From an uncultured Gemmatimonadales bacterium (lineage in GTDB: Bacteria > Gemmatimonadota > Gemmatimonadetes > Palauibacterales > Palauibacteraceae), in NCBI GenBank assembly GCA_963783385.1, contig CAWANJ010000009.1, positions 352,001 to 416,000 on the forward strand: a DNA stretch of 64,000 nucleotides, read 5' to 3'. Positions 17,753 through 27,693 of the stretch are shown piece after piece. The notes under the pieces were generated by a model that did not search any database, was not told the DNA's origin, and was given only the letters and a program-made list of their open reading frames with translations. The translations under genes were made by a program, and so were the position numbers. The number at the start of each line of letters is the position of its first letter. Within the stretch, counting starts at the first letter, position 1.

Positions 17753-18967
17753 ATGTTGAGGAAGGGAGTCATAGGACTGATCGCGGCCGTGGGATTGTGC
17801 CTTGGCGGCATGGTTCCCCTGCAGGCGCAGCAGGTCACGGTCGGCAAGGGTGACACCCTGTCGATCCACGGGTTCATCAGCGGTACGTGGTTCTGGGACC
17901 GCAACCAGTTCGGAGGGTTCGGCCAGGGGCAGAGCGCCGAGTGGGCCGCGGCCCCGGGCGCTTCGTTCCAGGCCGACAAGTGGTTCTCGGACGCAGAGGT
18001 CTCCAACACCCGGCTAACGCTGGCTTTCGCGGGACCGCACGTCAGCGAGAACTGGCGAGTGAAGGCCGAGATCGAGGCTGATTTCTTCGGTGGTGCGGGG
18101 GCCCCCCCCTTCGGCGATGAGCAGCCCCATCCGCGACTGCGGCTCGGATTCGCCGACATCACCAACGGCAGGACCACCATTCGCATCGGACAGTTCTGGT
18201 CGCCGCTATTCGGCGAGTATCCCCAGTCGCTGTCCCACATCGCCTTCCCCATGGGCTACGGCTCGGCCGGGTTCGTAGGCTGGCGGTTCCCCGGGGTCTT
18301 CCTCTACCAGGACCTGAGCCCGGCGGGCTCGAGCACCAAGGCTCAGCTTCAGCTGGCCGCCATGAAGGGCTCGGGACCGGCCGTGGGACCGTCCGGCATC
18401 GGCAACGGCGAGGCGTCGGCGATTCCGCAGTTCGAGGCCCGTCTCAACGTGGGCGGGAAGGCCGGGGGCGTCGGCTGGCACTGGTACGCCGCCGGGCACG
18501 TGGACAAGAAGGACCTGAGCGGAGCCGGCGACACGACCACCGTGGGCACCGACACCACCGGGACCACCGGCTGGGCCGTGGAGACGGGCGGCGGCATCGA
18601 GCCGGGGCCGTTCGTGCTACACGGCAACTTCTACTACGGCCAGGCGATCGGCCAGCAGTTCGGGGCCATCACCCAGTTCGGCGACATTCGGAGCTGGGGG
18701 GCGTGGGGCCAGATCGGATACAAGGTGCCCGCGACGGGCTGGAGCCTGTGGGGCTACTACGGGATCGACAATCCCGATGAGACGCGGTACTTCGAGGCCA
18801 CGGGACAGAACCTGACCCGGCTCAAGAACCAGATCGCGTCCTTCATGATCCGGTACGAGACGGGTCCCTACGCGATCGGCGTGGAGTGGTTCAAGGCCTT
18901 CACGGACTATCAGACCGCACAGACGAAGGCCGATCAGATCGCGCTCAGCGTCAAGTACAACATCTAG
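17753..18967 (+). CDS. Outer-membrane beta-barrel porin (DcaP-like)
   Basis: Sec signal peptide ending LQA-Q; SNTRL, IEADFFGG, RLRLGFA and GQFWSP motifs; amphipathic C-terminal strand ALSVKYNI. Confidence 0.7.
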   Translation: MLRKGVIGLIAAVGLCLGGMVPLQAQQVTVGKGDTLSIHGFISGTWFWDRNQFGGFGQGQSAEWAAAPGASFQADKWFSDAEVSNTRLTLAFAGPHVSENWRVKAEIEADFFGGAGAPPFGDEQPHPRLRLGFADITNGRTTIRIGQFWSPLFGEYPQSLSHIAFPMGYGSAGFVGWRFPGVFLYQDLSPAGSSTKAQLQLAAMKGSGPAVGPSGIGNGEASAIPQFEARLNVGGKAGGVGWHWYAAGHVDKKDLSGAGDTTTVGTDTTGTTGWAVETGGGIEPGPFVLHGNFYYGQAIGQQFGAITQFGDIRSWGAWGQIGYKVPATGWSLWGYYGIDNPDETRYFEATGQNLTRLKNQIASFMIRYETGPYAIGVEWFKAFTDYQTAQTKADQIALSVKYNI

Positions 18968-19000
18968 CACCGGGGCTCACCCGGAGTCCCGCGCCGGCGA

Positions 19001-19042
19001 CGGGCGGCGGGCCGGGCCCCTGGGGGGCCGGTCCGCCGCCCG
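19001..19042. terminator. Long GC-rich hairpin between the convergent porin and his transcripts
   Basis: CGGGCGGCGGGCCGG pairs with CCGGTCCGCCGCCCG (one G-U); U tract is weak. Confidence 0.5.
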
Positions 19043-19275
19043 TTCCGCATCGGGCCGCGCTCAGGGGCGCCAGCGGCCCGCCCGGCTGCCGCCGGCGAGG
19101 GCGCGGCGGACGACCTCGCCGAAGCCCGAACCGAACCGCGCCTCCGCCGTTCCGAGGGTACCGAAGCGCTCCTGGCGCCGCTCCTCGCCCGCACTCGTGC
19201 CCCGGGTGACCAGGGTCTCCACCTCTCCCGCGCGCGTGACCCTCCAGGCCACCCAGGACACGGTCCCCGCGGGGC

Positions 19276-19974
19276 TCACGGATCCTCCCCCCGGGCCCGC
19301 GATTCGAGCACCGCCGCCACGTCGTCGGCCGGGAGACCGGCGGCTCGCCACAGGACGAGCAGGTGGTAGAGGAGATCGGCCGACTCTTCGGCCAGCCGAT
19401 CCGGCTCCGCGAGGGCCGCGACCGCCACCTCGACGGCCTCCTCGGCCACCTTGCGGGCGGGAAGGGCGGGGGCCGCCGCGAGGAGCTCGGCCGTGTAGGA
19501 GCCCGCGGGTCGGTCACGGTCCCGGGCCGCGATGGTCTGCGAGAGCTCCAGCAGGACCCGGAACAGGCTCGTCGTCGTCGGACCGCCGCGGGCCGCCGCA
19601 CCCCCGTCCGCGCCGAGCGCCGGATCGGCGTCGAAGCAGGTCGCGCGTCCGGTATGGCAGGTGGGGCCGTGGGGCACGGCCTCGACCAGGAGGGCGTCGG
19701 CATCACAGTCGGTTCGGATTCGGCGCAGCTCGAGCCAGTTCCCCGACGTCTCCCCCTTCTCCCACAGCCGGTCGCGCGACCGCGACCAGAAGGTCACGCG
19801 TCCCGTCTCCCTGGTCCGTTCCAGGGCCGCGGCGTTCATGTACCCGAGCATGAGCACGCGACCGCGGCCGGACTCCTGGACGATGGTCGGCACGAGGCCC
19901 GTGGCCGGATCGAAGCGCACGTCGGCGGCCGTCGTGCGCCGGGGGCCTCCGCTCGACGTCGAGGAGCCCGTCAC
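19276..19974 (-). CDS. hisIE: Bifunctional phosphoribosyl-AMP cyclohydrolase / phosphoribosyl-ATP pyrophosphatase
   Basis: LWEKGETSG, DCDADAL, GPTCHTG, KVAEEAVE and ESADLLYH motifs; GTG overlaps the hisF stop. Confidence 0.93.
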   Translation of the reverse strand: MTGSSTSSGGPRRTTAADVRFDPATGLVPTIVQESGRGRVLMLGYMNAAALERTRETGRVTFWSRSRDRLWEKGETSGNWLELRRIRTDCDADALLVEAVPHGPTCHTGRATCFDADPALGADGGAAARGGPTTTSLFRVLLELSQTIAARDRDRPAGSYTAELLAAAPALPARKVAEEAVEVAVAALAEPDRLAEESADLLYHLLVLWRAAGLPADDVAAVLESRARGEDP

Positions 19975-20756
19975 GTCGTGACCTCCGGGTCGCCGGATCG
20001 GGGGACGGGCCGGATCGGCACGCCCCTGGCGGTCAGCCACGCCTTGAGATCGGGGATCCGGAGGTCGCCGAAGTGGAAGAGGGAGGCGGCCAGGGCGGCA
20101 TCGGCGCCGGCCTCGAACGCCTCCAGGAAGTCCTCCGGGCGGCCGGCGCCGCCGGAGGCGACCACCGGCACGCCCACGGCCCGGGTCACGGCTCGAAGGA
20201 GCTCCACGTCGTATCCCTCCCTGGTTCCGTCCCGGTCCATCGAAGTGAGCAGGATCTCTCCCGCGCCGAGCTCCGCCGCCCGGCGCGCCCAGGCCACCGC
20301 GTCGAGGCCGGCCGCGCGTGTTCCCGAGCGGACCCGGACGCGCCATCCGGCATGATGCCGTGAGGCATCGATGGCCAGCACGATCGCCTGGGAGCCGAGA
20401 CGCCGCGCCGCTCGGCCCACGAGTCCGGGATCGCGAACGGCGGCCGTGTTGAGCGCCACGCGATCGGCGCCCGCCTCGAGTACGGCGCGCATGTCCTCGA
20501 CGTTCCGGAGTCCGCCGCCCACGGTGAAGGGGATGGTCAGCTCCCGGGCGACACGGGCCGCCAGCTCGACGACGGTGCCGCGGCGCCTCGTCGTAGCCGA
20601 GATGTCCAGAAAAACGAGCTCGTCGGCACCCTCGGCCGCGTATGCGGCGGCGAGCTCGGCGGGATCTCCCGCATCGCGGAGCCGGCGGAAGCGGATGCCC
20701 TTCACCACCCGTCCCCGGTCCACGTCCAGGCAGGGCACGATACGCCGCTTCAGCAC
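19971..20756 (-). CDS. hisF: Imidazole glycerol phosphate synthase cyclase subunit
   Basis: [33 protein letters not shown]. Confidence 0.96.
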   Translation of the reverse strand: MLKRRIVPCLDVDRGRVVKGIRFRRLRDAGDPAELAAAYAAEGADELVFLDISATTRRRGTVVELAARVARELTIPFTVGGGLRNVEDMRAVLEAGADRVALNTAAVRDPGLVGRAARRLGSQAIVLAIDASRHHAGWRVRVRSGTRAAGLDAVAWARRAAELGAGEILLTSMDRDGTREGYDVELLRAVTRAVGVPVVASGGAGRPEDFLEAFEAGADAALAASLFHFGDLRIPDLKAWLTARGVPIRPVPRSGDPEVTT

Positions 20757-21487
20757 CCGGGAGCCTCTGCGCCCGTTGCCGCCGTCGCCAGGGCCTCCGC
20801 CAGCGTGAGTGTGCCCCGGTAGAGCGAGCTCCCCAGCACGGCGCCCATCGCCCCGGCGCCCCGCAGCGCGGCCAGGTGCGAGGCGGTCCGGATGCCGCCG
20901 GCCGCGAAGGTCCGGAAGCCTCGGCGAACGATGCGCGCGGTCCCTTCCACGTCGGGGCCCGTCAGCGTCCCGTCGCGGCGTGTGTCCGTGTACACCACCG
21001 TGCGCAGTCCGGTGGGCTCGAGCCGGTCGAGCAGCCCGTCCACGCTCACGCCGCCGGATTCTGTCCAGCCCTCGACCACGACACGGCCCTGGCGCGCGTC
21101 CACGGCGGCCGCGACGCGGTCGGGCCCCCACCGCTCGATGAGCTCCCCCATCCAACCGGTATTTCGGGCCGCCACCGTGCCGAGCACGACCCGCCCCGCA
21201 CCGCCCTCCAGATAACGCCGCACGTCCTCTGCGACGCGGATCCCGCCGCCCACCTGCACCGGGACGTCCGTCTCCCGGCAAAGGGCGAGCACGGCCTCGA
21301 CGTGCACGGGCCGACCCTGTCGGGCTCCGTCCAGGTCCACGACGTGGAGCGCCGCAGCCCCCTGGGCCACGAAGGCGCGCGCGACCGCGAGGGGATCGTC
21401 GCCAAACCGCGTGACCCGGCCGTAGTCCCCCTGCTCGAGACGCACGCAGCGTCCCTCGAGGAGATCGATGGCGGGCACGATCAGCAC
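20750..21487 (-). CDS. hisA: ProFAR isomerase
   Basis: [42 protein letters not shown]. Confidence 0.94.
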   Translation of the reverse strand: MLIVPAIDLLEGRCVRLEQGDYGRVTRFGDDPLAVARAFVAQGAAALHVVDLDGARQGRPVHVEAVLALCRETDVPVQVGGGIRVAEDVRRYLEGGAGRVVLGTVAARNTGWMGELIERWGPDRVAAAVDARQGRVVVEGWTESGGVSVDGLLDRLEPTGLRTVVYTDTRRDGTLTGPDVEGTARIVRRGFRTFAAGGIRTASHLAALRGAGAMGAVLGSSLYRGTLTLAEALATAATGAEAPGC

Positions 21488-22095
21488 GGCGCCCCCTCCC
21501 GGCACGCGGCCCAGAAATTGGACAGGAGCCGGAGCCCGGCGGGCCCGGACTTCTCCGGGTGGAACTGCACGCCCGCCCACCTCCCGTCGCGCACGATGGC
21601 GGGGAACGGTCGTGCATGGATCGCGGTGGCGGCCACGAAGACACCGGGGCACTCGAGCCGGTAGGCGTGGTTGAAGAACACGTCCGTGCCGTCCGGAATG
21701 CCCCTCAGAAGCGCGTCGGCTCGCCGCAGCGCCAGTCCGTTCCAGCCGGTGTGTGGGACCCGGACCCCGGAGCCGAAGCGGCGCACGCGTCCCGGCAGCA
21801 CGCCCAGGCAGCGGACCGGCTCCTCGCCTTCATCGGATCGCTCGGCCAGGAGCTGGAGGCCCAGGCAGATGCCGAGGAAGGGTGGGCCGTCGGGGTCCGA
21901 GAGGGGCCCGACGAGTTCCCGCTCGTGGAGTGCGTCCATGGCGGGGCCGGCGGCGCCGACCCCCGGAAGCACGACGCCCGCGGCTCCCTCCAGCTCCGCC
22001 GGGGCCGCGGCCCGACGCGTCGGCACCCCGATCCTCCCGAGGGCCAGCTCCACGCTCCTGAGGTTTCCGGCCCCGTAGTCGACCAGGGCGATCAT
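21481..22095 (-). CDS. hisH: IGP synthase glutamine amidotransferase subunit
   Basis: [28 protein letters not shown]. Confidence 0.96.
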   Translation of the reverse strand: MIALVDYGAGNLRSVELALGRIGVPTRRAAAPAELEGAAGVVLPGVGAAGPAMDALHERELVGPLSDPDGPPFLGICLGLQLLAERSDEGEEPVRCLGVLPGRVRRFGSGVRVPHTGWNGLALRRADALLRGIPDGTDVFFNHAYRLECPGVFVAATAIHARPFPAIVRDGRWAGVQFHPEKSGPAGLRLLSNFWAACREGAPC

Positions 22096-22679
22096 AGCGT
22101 TCCCTTCGTGGTGGGGAGCTCCTGTCCCAGCCTCGGGTCCTGTTCGATGGCGGCACGCAGGGCCCGGCCCAGCGCCTTGAAGATCGCCTCGATCTTGTGA
22201 TGATCGTTACGCCCGTAGTCGATCCTCACGTGCAGGTTGGCGCGCAGCCGGTCGGCGAGGGCGCGCAGGAAGTCCTCCACCAGCTCGGTGGGCAGTCCGC
22301 CCACCCGCTCTCGGGAGAACGTCGCCTCGAACACGAGGTGGCTCCGGCCGCCCAGGTCGACCGCCACGCGGGCGAGGGACTCGTCCATGGGGACGAGGAA
22401 CCCGTAGCGCCGGATGCCTCGCCGCTCTCCGAGGGCCCGATCCAGAGCCTCGCCCAGCACGAGGCCCACGTCCTCGACCGTGTGGTGCTCGTCCACCTCC
22501 AGGTCACCGAGCGCCCGCACCTCGAGGTCCACGAGGGCGTTCCGGGCCAGCAGCGCCAGCATGTGGTCCAGGAAGCCGATCCCGGTGTCAATGTCCGCGC
22601 GCCCGGTGCCATCTACGTCCACCCGGATCCGGACGCGCGTCTCGGTGGTCTCCCGCACGACCTCGCCCACGCGGCTCAC
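22092..22679 (-). CDS. hisB: Imidazoleglycerol-phosphate dehydratase (monofunctional)
   Basis: DEHHTVED and [12 protein letters not shown] motifs; C-terminal PTTKGTL. Confidence 0.96.
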   Translation of the reverse strand: MSRVGEVVRETTETRVRIRVDVDGTGRADIDTGIGFLDHMLALLARNALVDLEVRALGDLEVDEHHTVEDVGLVLGEALDRALGERRGIRRYGFLVPMDESLARVAVDLGGRSHLVFEATFSRERVGGLPTELVEDFLRALADRLRANLHVRIDYGRNDHHKIEAIFKALGRALRAAIEQDPRLGQELPTTKGTL

Positions 22680-23521
22680 AACGCGTCTCCCGTGGGGATT
22701 CCGGGCAGCGCCACGGGACGGGGTCGGCGCCCATCGAACCCCGTGAGCGATGTCCAGCCGGCGGCGGCGGCGACCGCGGTGCCTCGCTCGAGGCCAGCGG
22801 CCACCCGGTGGGGCGCGTGCGAGTCCGCTCCCAACGTGAGACGCGCCACGCCCGCCTCGCGTGCCCAGCGCACGATGATGGGATCGGGGTACGGGGCGCC
22901 CGGGGGCTGCGCGTAGCCCGACGTGTTGATCTCGAAGCCGAGGTTCGAGTCGGCGACCGCCCCGAGCAGGTCACGAACGGGGGCTTCCAGGGTGCTCGGG
23001 TCCCACGGCCCGTAGGTCCGGTGGCCGAAGCGCTTGACCAGGTCGAAGTGGGCCACCACATCGAAGCCTCCCCAGGCGACCATCTCGGCCACGACCTCGA
23101 AGTAGCGTCCGTAGGCTCGCGCGAGGCTCCGGTCCCGGAAATAGGCGTCGACGTCGGCGCCTCCCGAGACGTTGTGGCCGTCCACCACGTGCACGGACCC
23201 GAGCAGGTAGTCGAGAGGCAGCGACCCGGCAATGCGCTCCAGGGCCGGGACCCACTCGGGCCGGTACTCGAGCTCCGCGCCCACTCGCAGCGTGAGCCCC
23301 GGAACCATCTCCCGGGCCGCGACGGCCGCCTCGATCTCGCGGCCCAGGCGGTCGATGGCCTCGTCGGCGTCGACGGTCCACTCGCCGTCCGGGCGCAGGA
23401 TCTCCACGTGGTTGGTGAGGCAGAGCTCGTCGAGCCCCGCCGCGGCGGCCGCGCGCGCGTGCTCCAGGAGGCTGCCGGCCGCGTCCGAGGACGCATCGTC
23501 GTGGGCGTGGTAGTTGATCAT
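22676..23521 (-). CDS. hisK: Histidinol-phosphatase, PHP family
   Basis: NYHAH, TNH, LGSVH, AHFDL, EINTSG and GADSH PHP motifs; sits inside the his operon. Confidence 0.85.
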   Translation of the reverse strand: MINYHAHDDASSDAAGSLLEHARAAAAAGLDELCLTNHVEILRPDGEWTVDADEAIDRLGREIEAAVAAREMVPGLTLRVGAELEYRPEWVPALERIAGSLPLDYLLGSVHVVDGHNVSGGADVDAYFRDRSLARAYGRYFEVVAEMVAWGGFDVVAHFDLVKRFGHRTYGPWDPSTLEAPVRDLLGAVADSNLGFEINTSGYAQPPGAPYPDPIIVRWAREAGVARLTLGADSHAPHRVAAGLERGTAVAAAAGWTSLTGFDGRRPRPVALPGIPTGDAL

Positions 23522-24597
23522 GCTCGCCCTTCGCTCCGGACCCCCGCCGACTCCGCGGCGGCCGGCTCCGTTCGGACGCCGGGGACGCGGGCCAGCCCGT
23601 CCAGGAAGCGGTCGTTCTCGGCCCTCGTGCCGATCGACACGCGCAGGCCGCCCCGCAGGCGGGGCAGATCGCTGCGGTCCCGAACCACGACGCCATACTC
23701 CTCGGCCAGGCGGCGCTGGACGGTGCGCGGGTCGTCCACGGAGAACAGCAGGAAGTTCGCCTCGGAGCGGAGGGGATGGGTGCCGAGCGCCTCGAGGCCC
23801 CGGCGTACGCGCTCCCTCTCGGCCACGATGTCCGCGACCCGCCGGAGCATGCCGGCCCGGTCCGCGAGCGCGGCGACCGCCACGCGTGCCGAGAGGGTGG
23901 ACAGCGGATAGGGGAGGCCGGTTCTGGTGAGGATCCGGACGAGCCCGGCGTCGGCCACCGCGCAGCCCACCCGGGCGGCGGCCAGCCCCCAGGCCTTCGA
24001 GAAGGTGCGGAGCACCACGAGCCGCGGCCACGAGCCGCCGGCGTTCGAGGCGAGCGAGCCTCCCGCGGCGAACTCGACGTACGCCTCATCGAGCGCCACC
24101 ACGCCGGGCCACCGTTCGAGCAACGTCTCGATGCGATCGGGGGACAGACGGTTCCCGGTCGGGTTGTTGGGCGAGCACAGGAAGAGGAGCCGGGCGTCGC
24201 GCAGCGTCGCCAGGGCGACGCCCACGTCCAGGTCGAAGTCGGCGTCGAGGGGCATCGGCACGACGCGGGCCCCGTGAGCTCGAACGCGGTCGGCGTACAC
24301 GCCGTAGCTGGGCGAGGCGACTCCCACCGGGTCGCCCGGATCGGCCAGGGTGCGGACCAGCAGGTCGATGGCCTCGTCCGAGCCGTTTCCGATCCACACG
24401 CTTCCGGGTTCCGTCCCCAGCTCCTCGGCCAGGGCCGTCCGGAGCGCGGGGAGGCGCGGATCGGGGTAGCGGGCCAGCCCCGCGTCGAGTCCCCCCGGCG
24501 GACCGAGCGGGTTCTCGTTGGCATCCAGGAGGATGCCTCCCACGTGCTCGGAACGGGCGGTGCGGTAGCCCCGCAGCTCTCGCAGGTGGGGCCGCAC
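23518..24597 (-). CDS. hisC: Histidinol-phosphate aminotransferase domain (apparently fused to the HisD C-terminus)
   Basis: LDANENP, GNGSDEAI, CSPNNPTG, DEAY and RTFSKAWGLA motifs; no stop between the HisD C-terminus and this domain. Confidence 0.9.
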   Translation of the reverse strand: MRPHLRELRGYRTARSEHVGGILLDANENPLGPPGGLDAGLARYPDPRLPALRTALAEELGTEPGSVWIGNGSDEAIDLLVRTLADPGDPVGVASPSYGVYADRVRAHGARVVPMPLDADFDLDVGVALATLRDARLLFLCSPNNPTGNRLSPDRIETLLERWPGVVALDEAYVEFAAGGSLASNAGGSWPRLVVLRTFSKAWGLAAARVGCAVADAGLVRILTRTGLPYPLSTLSARVAVAALADRAGMLRRVADIVAERERVRRGLEALGTHPLRSEANFLLFSVDDPRTVQRRLAEEYGVVVRDRSDLPRLRGGLRVSIGTRAENDRFLDGLARVPGVRTEPAAAESAGVRSEGRA

Positions 24598-24651
24598 CAG
24601 ATCGTGCGGGAGCGGGGCCCGGGAGACCGGTCCCGGCCCCGACCCGCCGCC

Positions 24652-25951
24652 CAGCCGGGCCGCGACGGACTCGGCGTGGGCCGGGAGCCCCTCCCACTCC
24701 GCGAGCGCGACGACCGTGGGCGCCAGGGACTGCAGCCCGGATCGATCCAGGTCGCTGAAACTGGATCCAGCGGCCGAAGTCGTCGAGCGAGAGGCCATCA
24801 TCGGCCCGCGCCCGCCGGCCCGTGGGGAGGACGTGGTTGGTGCCGACCGCGTAGTCCCCCGCCGCCACGGGCGACCACGGCCCCAGGAACACCGATCCGG
24901 CGTGCCGAATCGAGGCGGCGGCGCGGTCCGCGTCCTCCCGGAGGAGGACGAGGTGCTCGGCCGCCAGCTCGTCCACCCAGGCCAGGGCCTCAGCCTCGCT
25001 CCCGGCGACCAGGAGCGCGGAGCCGGCCAGGCTTCGCGCCGCCAGAGCCCCCCGGGGGGCGCGGCCCAGAGCCGCGAGCGTGGCCTCCCGGACCTCCGCG
25101 GCCATCGCCTCGTCGGGCAGCACGGCCACCGACAGGGAGTCGGACCCGTGCTCCGCCTGGGCCAGGAGCTCTGCGGCCACCACGCCGGGGTCGGCGCCGG
25201 CGTCGGCCCACACGGCCACCTCCGAGGGGCCGGCGGGGAGATCGATGGCCACGACGCCCGAAACGGCCAGCTTGGCCGCGTTCACCCAGCGCCCTCCGGG
25301 ACCCACGATCCGGTCCACGGCCGGCACGGACTCCGTGCCCCACGTCATGGCGGCCACGGCCTGGGCGCCGCCGGCCGCGAACACCGCGTCCACGCCCGCG
25401 AGGGCCGCGGCGGCCAGCACGGGGGGTGCCGGCTCCCCGTCCGCGCCGGGAGGCGAGCACACGATCACCTCGCGGCAGCCGGCGAGTCGGGCCGGCACGG
25501 CCGCCATGAGCAGGCTGGAGGGATAGGCCGCCAGGCCGCCGGGAACGTAGATCCCGACCCGGTCCAGGGGACGGAACTCGCGCCAGGCCACCACGCCCGG
25601 CTCGACCTCGACCGGCGCCTCGCGCCGGCGCTGGGCCCCATGAAAGCGCTCCAGGTTCCTCATGGCCCGCTCGAGGGCGGCCCGTCTCGCGGGCTCGACC
25701 GCGGCGAGCGCCTCGATCCAGCGTGGACGCGGAATCGCGAGCGCCGGGGGACGGACCTCGTCGAAGCGCTCCACGAGGTCGAGTAGGGCCGCGTCGCCGC
25801 CGGTGCGGACCGCCTCGAGGATGCCGAGGACGGCCTGGTCGGGGCGGGCGGTCCCTCGCCGCGACCGGCGCTCGAGCCAGGACCTCGCCCGCTCGCCCGA
25901 CAGCACCGGGAGGATCGCTTCGGAAGCGGGAGGGGTCGCCGGAGGGCTCAC
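24652..25951 (-). CDS. hisD: Histidinol dehydrogenase domain with a one-base frameshift at about 24750; continues into HisC
   Basis: GIYVPGG, IDLPAGPSE, QAEH, AEHL and GDY..GTNHVLPT motifs; the C-terminal LAEWEGLPAHAESV lies in the hisC frame after an extra C in CGA-C-CTG. Confidence 0.9.
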
Positions 25952-26826
25952 CGCATCACCTTCTCGACGGGCAGGACGAGGATCTCGGAGCCTCCGGCCT
26001 CCTTGATGCGCTCCATGACCTCCCAGAACACTTCCTCTTCCACGGCGGCGTGCAGGGCCACCATGCCCTCCTCGGCCAGGGGAACCACCGTGGGGCTCTT
26101 CATGCCCGGCAGGATCTCCTGGATGCGGGGCAGGGCGCACCGTGGAGCGTTGAGGGTCACGTACTTCATGCGACGGGCCACGAGGAGGCCGCGGAGCCGG
26201 ACGCGCAGGCGCTCGACGAGCGCCGCCCGTTCTCGGTCCAGGAGGGTGGCCGGGTTGGCCACCAGCACGGCCTCGGACTCGAACACGTCTCCCAGCCGCC
26301 GCAGGTCGTTCATGCGCAGCGTCGTGCCGGTCGACACCAGATCGCAGATGGCATCGGCCACGTCCAGCGCCGGAGCCACCTCGGCCGCTCCCCGGATCTC
26401 GATCACGCGGGCGTCGATGCCCTCGCGATCGAGGTAGCGGCGAAGCGCGGCGGGGTGGGTCGTCGCGATGCGTCGACCGTCCAGGTCGCGCGGCGTCCTC
26501 GTGGCGTCCTCGCGCGGGACGGCGAGGGCGAGGGTACAGAAGCCGAATCCGAGGGACTCGAGCTCTTCCACCCGGGATCCCTGTTCGATCACCACGTTCC
26601 GTCCCACGACGCCGAGGTCGGCCACGCCGTCCTGCACGTACTCGGGGATGTCGTCGTCCCGGATGAACAGGAGCTCCACGTCGGCGTTGCGGCAGCGCGC
26701 GAACAGCCGGCGCTCGTGCTCCTCGAACTCCAGGCCGATCCCCCGCAACAGCTCCAGGGAGCGGGTGGTGAGCCTCCCGTCGTTCTGGACCGCGATCCTC
26801 AGGTTGTGTCCGTTGGCGATGCGCAT
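25948..26826 (-). CDS. hisG: ATP phosphoribosyltransferase, long form
   Basis: LRIAVQ..GRL, RDDDIP, DAICDLVSTGTTL; C-terminal regulatory domain PGMKSPTV. Confidence 0.96.
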   Translation of the reverse strand: MRIANGHNLRIAVQNDGRLTTRSLELLRGIGLEFEEHERRLFARCRNADVELLFIRDDDIPEYVQDGVADLGVVGRNVVIEQGSRVEELESLGFGFCTLALAVPREDATRTPRDLDGRRIATTHPAALRRYLDREGIDARVIEIRGAAEVAPALDVADAICDLVSTGTTLRMNDLRRLGDVFESEAVLVANPATLLDRERAALVERLRVRLRGLLVARRMKYVTLNAPRCALPRIQEILPGMKSPTVVPLAEEGMVALHAAVEEEVFWEVMERIKEAGGSEILVLPVEKVMR

Positions 26827-26890
26827 CGCTCCACCGTGTCCGTGTCGCGGCGGTCCCGGAAGCGCCGGGACCGCCGAACCGTCCGTGCAG

Positions 26891-26927
26891 AAAAAAAGGC
26901 GCCCGCTTCATCCGGAAGCGGGCGCCT
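26891..26927 (-). terminator. his attenuator intrinsic terminator
   Basis: Minus strand: AGGCGCCCGCTTC-CGGAT-GAAGCGGGCGCCT, with the stem ending in a run of 7 T, about 65 nt upstream of the hisG start. Confidence 0.9.
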
Positions 26928-26955
26928 CGTCGATCACAGCTGTGTCAGGGCCTGG

Positions 26956-27042
26956 TCAGCGTGGCGGCGCACCCCTCCGGATCCACGGGAAGCTCCCGTG
27001 GTGGGCGTGATGGTGCCGGCACCGCTGCATCAGGTCTCGCAT
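26956..27042 (-). CDS. hisL: his operon leader peptide (MRDLMQRCRHHHAHHGSFPWIRRGAPPR)
   Basis: Five His codons in six (CAC CAT CAC GCC CAC CAC) just upstream of the terminator and hisG; alternative ATG at 27030. Confidence 0.82.
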   Translation of the reverse strand: MRDLMQRCRHHHAHHGSFPWIRRGAPPR

Positions 27043-27089
27043 GATGCCGGTAAGGGAAGGGTCCGGGACGCCGGTGTCAAGGTCGGGGC

Positions 27090-27693
27090 TCAACGATCGG
27101 CCGCGAACCGGAGGCCATCGGCGTGGACGAGCCGTCCTCCGAACAGCCAGCTCACCTGGCGGAAGGTCGCGTGGAGGTCGAACTCGGTGAGCGCGCTCAC
27201 CGACTCCACCGGCACCACGACGTCGTAGAAGCGGTGCCCGGCGCTGGCGGCTGTGTAGTGAACGCAGAATGTTGGCCACCGTCCCGCTGATGACCAGGCA
27301 GTCCCGGTGGTTGATTCTGAGCGCGTGCTCCAGGCCGGTGCCGTAGAACGCGTCGTAGCGGTTCTTCTCGAACACGCGCTCGCCCGGCTTGGGGGTCAGC
27401 TCCTCGACGATCTTCCACCCGGGCGTGCCCCGCTCCACGTGCCGGCCCCACACCTCCCATTCCGGGTCACCCTCGTAGTGGGTGTCGCAGGAGTACCAGA
27501 CCGGGACCCCCGCCTGGCGGGCCCGGTCCGCCAGACCGCCGATCACCGGGATCGACGCCGCGGCGGCCGGGTTGTAGAGCGCGCCGCCCTCACGGGCGAA
27601 GTCGTTCTGCATGTCGGTGATGAGCAGCACGGAACGACGCGGATCGACGTCCAGTCGTTCGGCCACCTCGTACTCGGGAACCTCGACCTTCAT
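27090..27693 (-). CDS. Cysteine hydrolase (isochorismatase/nicotinamidase family), frameshifted at about 27268
   Basis: LITDMQNDF and FEKNRYDAF motifs; removing one T restores GTVANICVHYTA with the catalytic Cys and a stop at 27090-27092. Confidence 0.85.

Noticed and set aside
27052-27080. his promoter with a perfect TTGACA -35 on the minus strand
   Set aside because: The -10 at 17-nt spacing (TCCCTT) is poor, so it was not called as a feature, although the position is plausible
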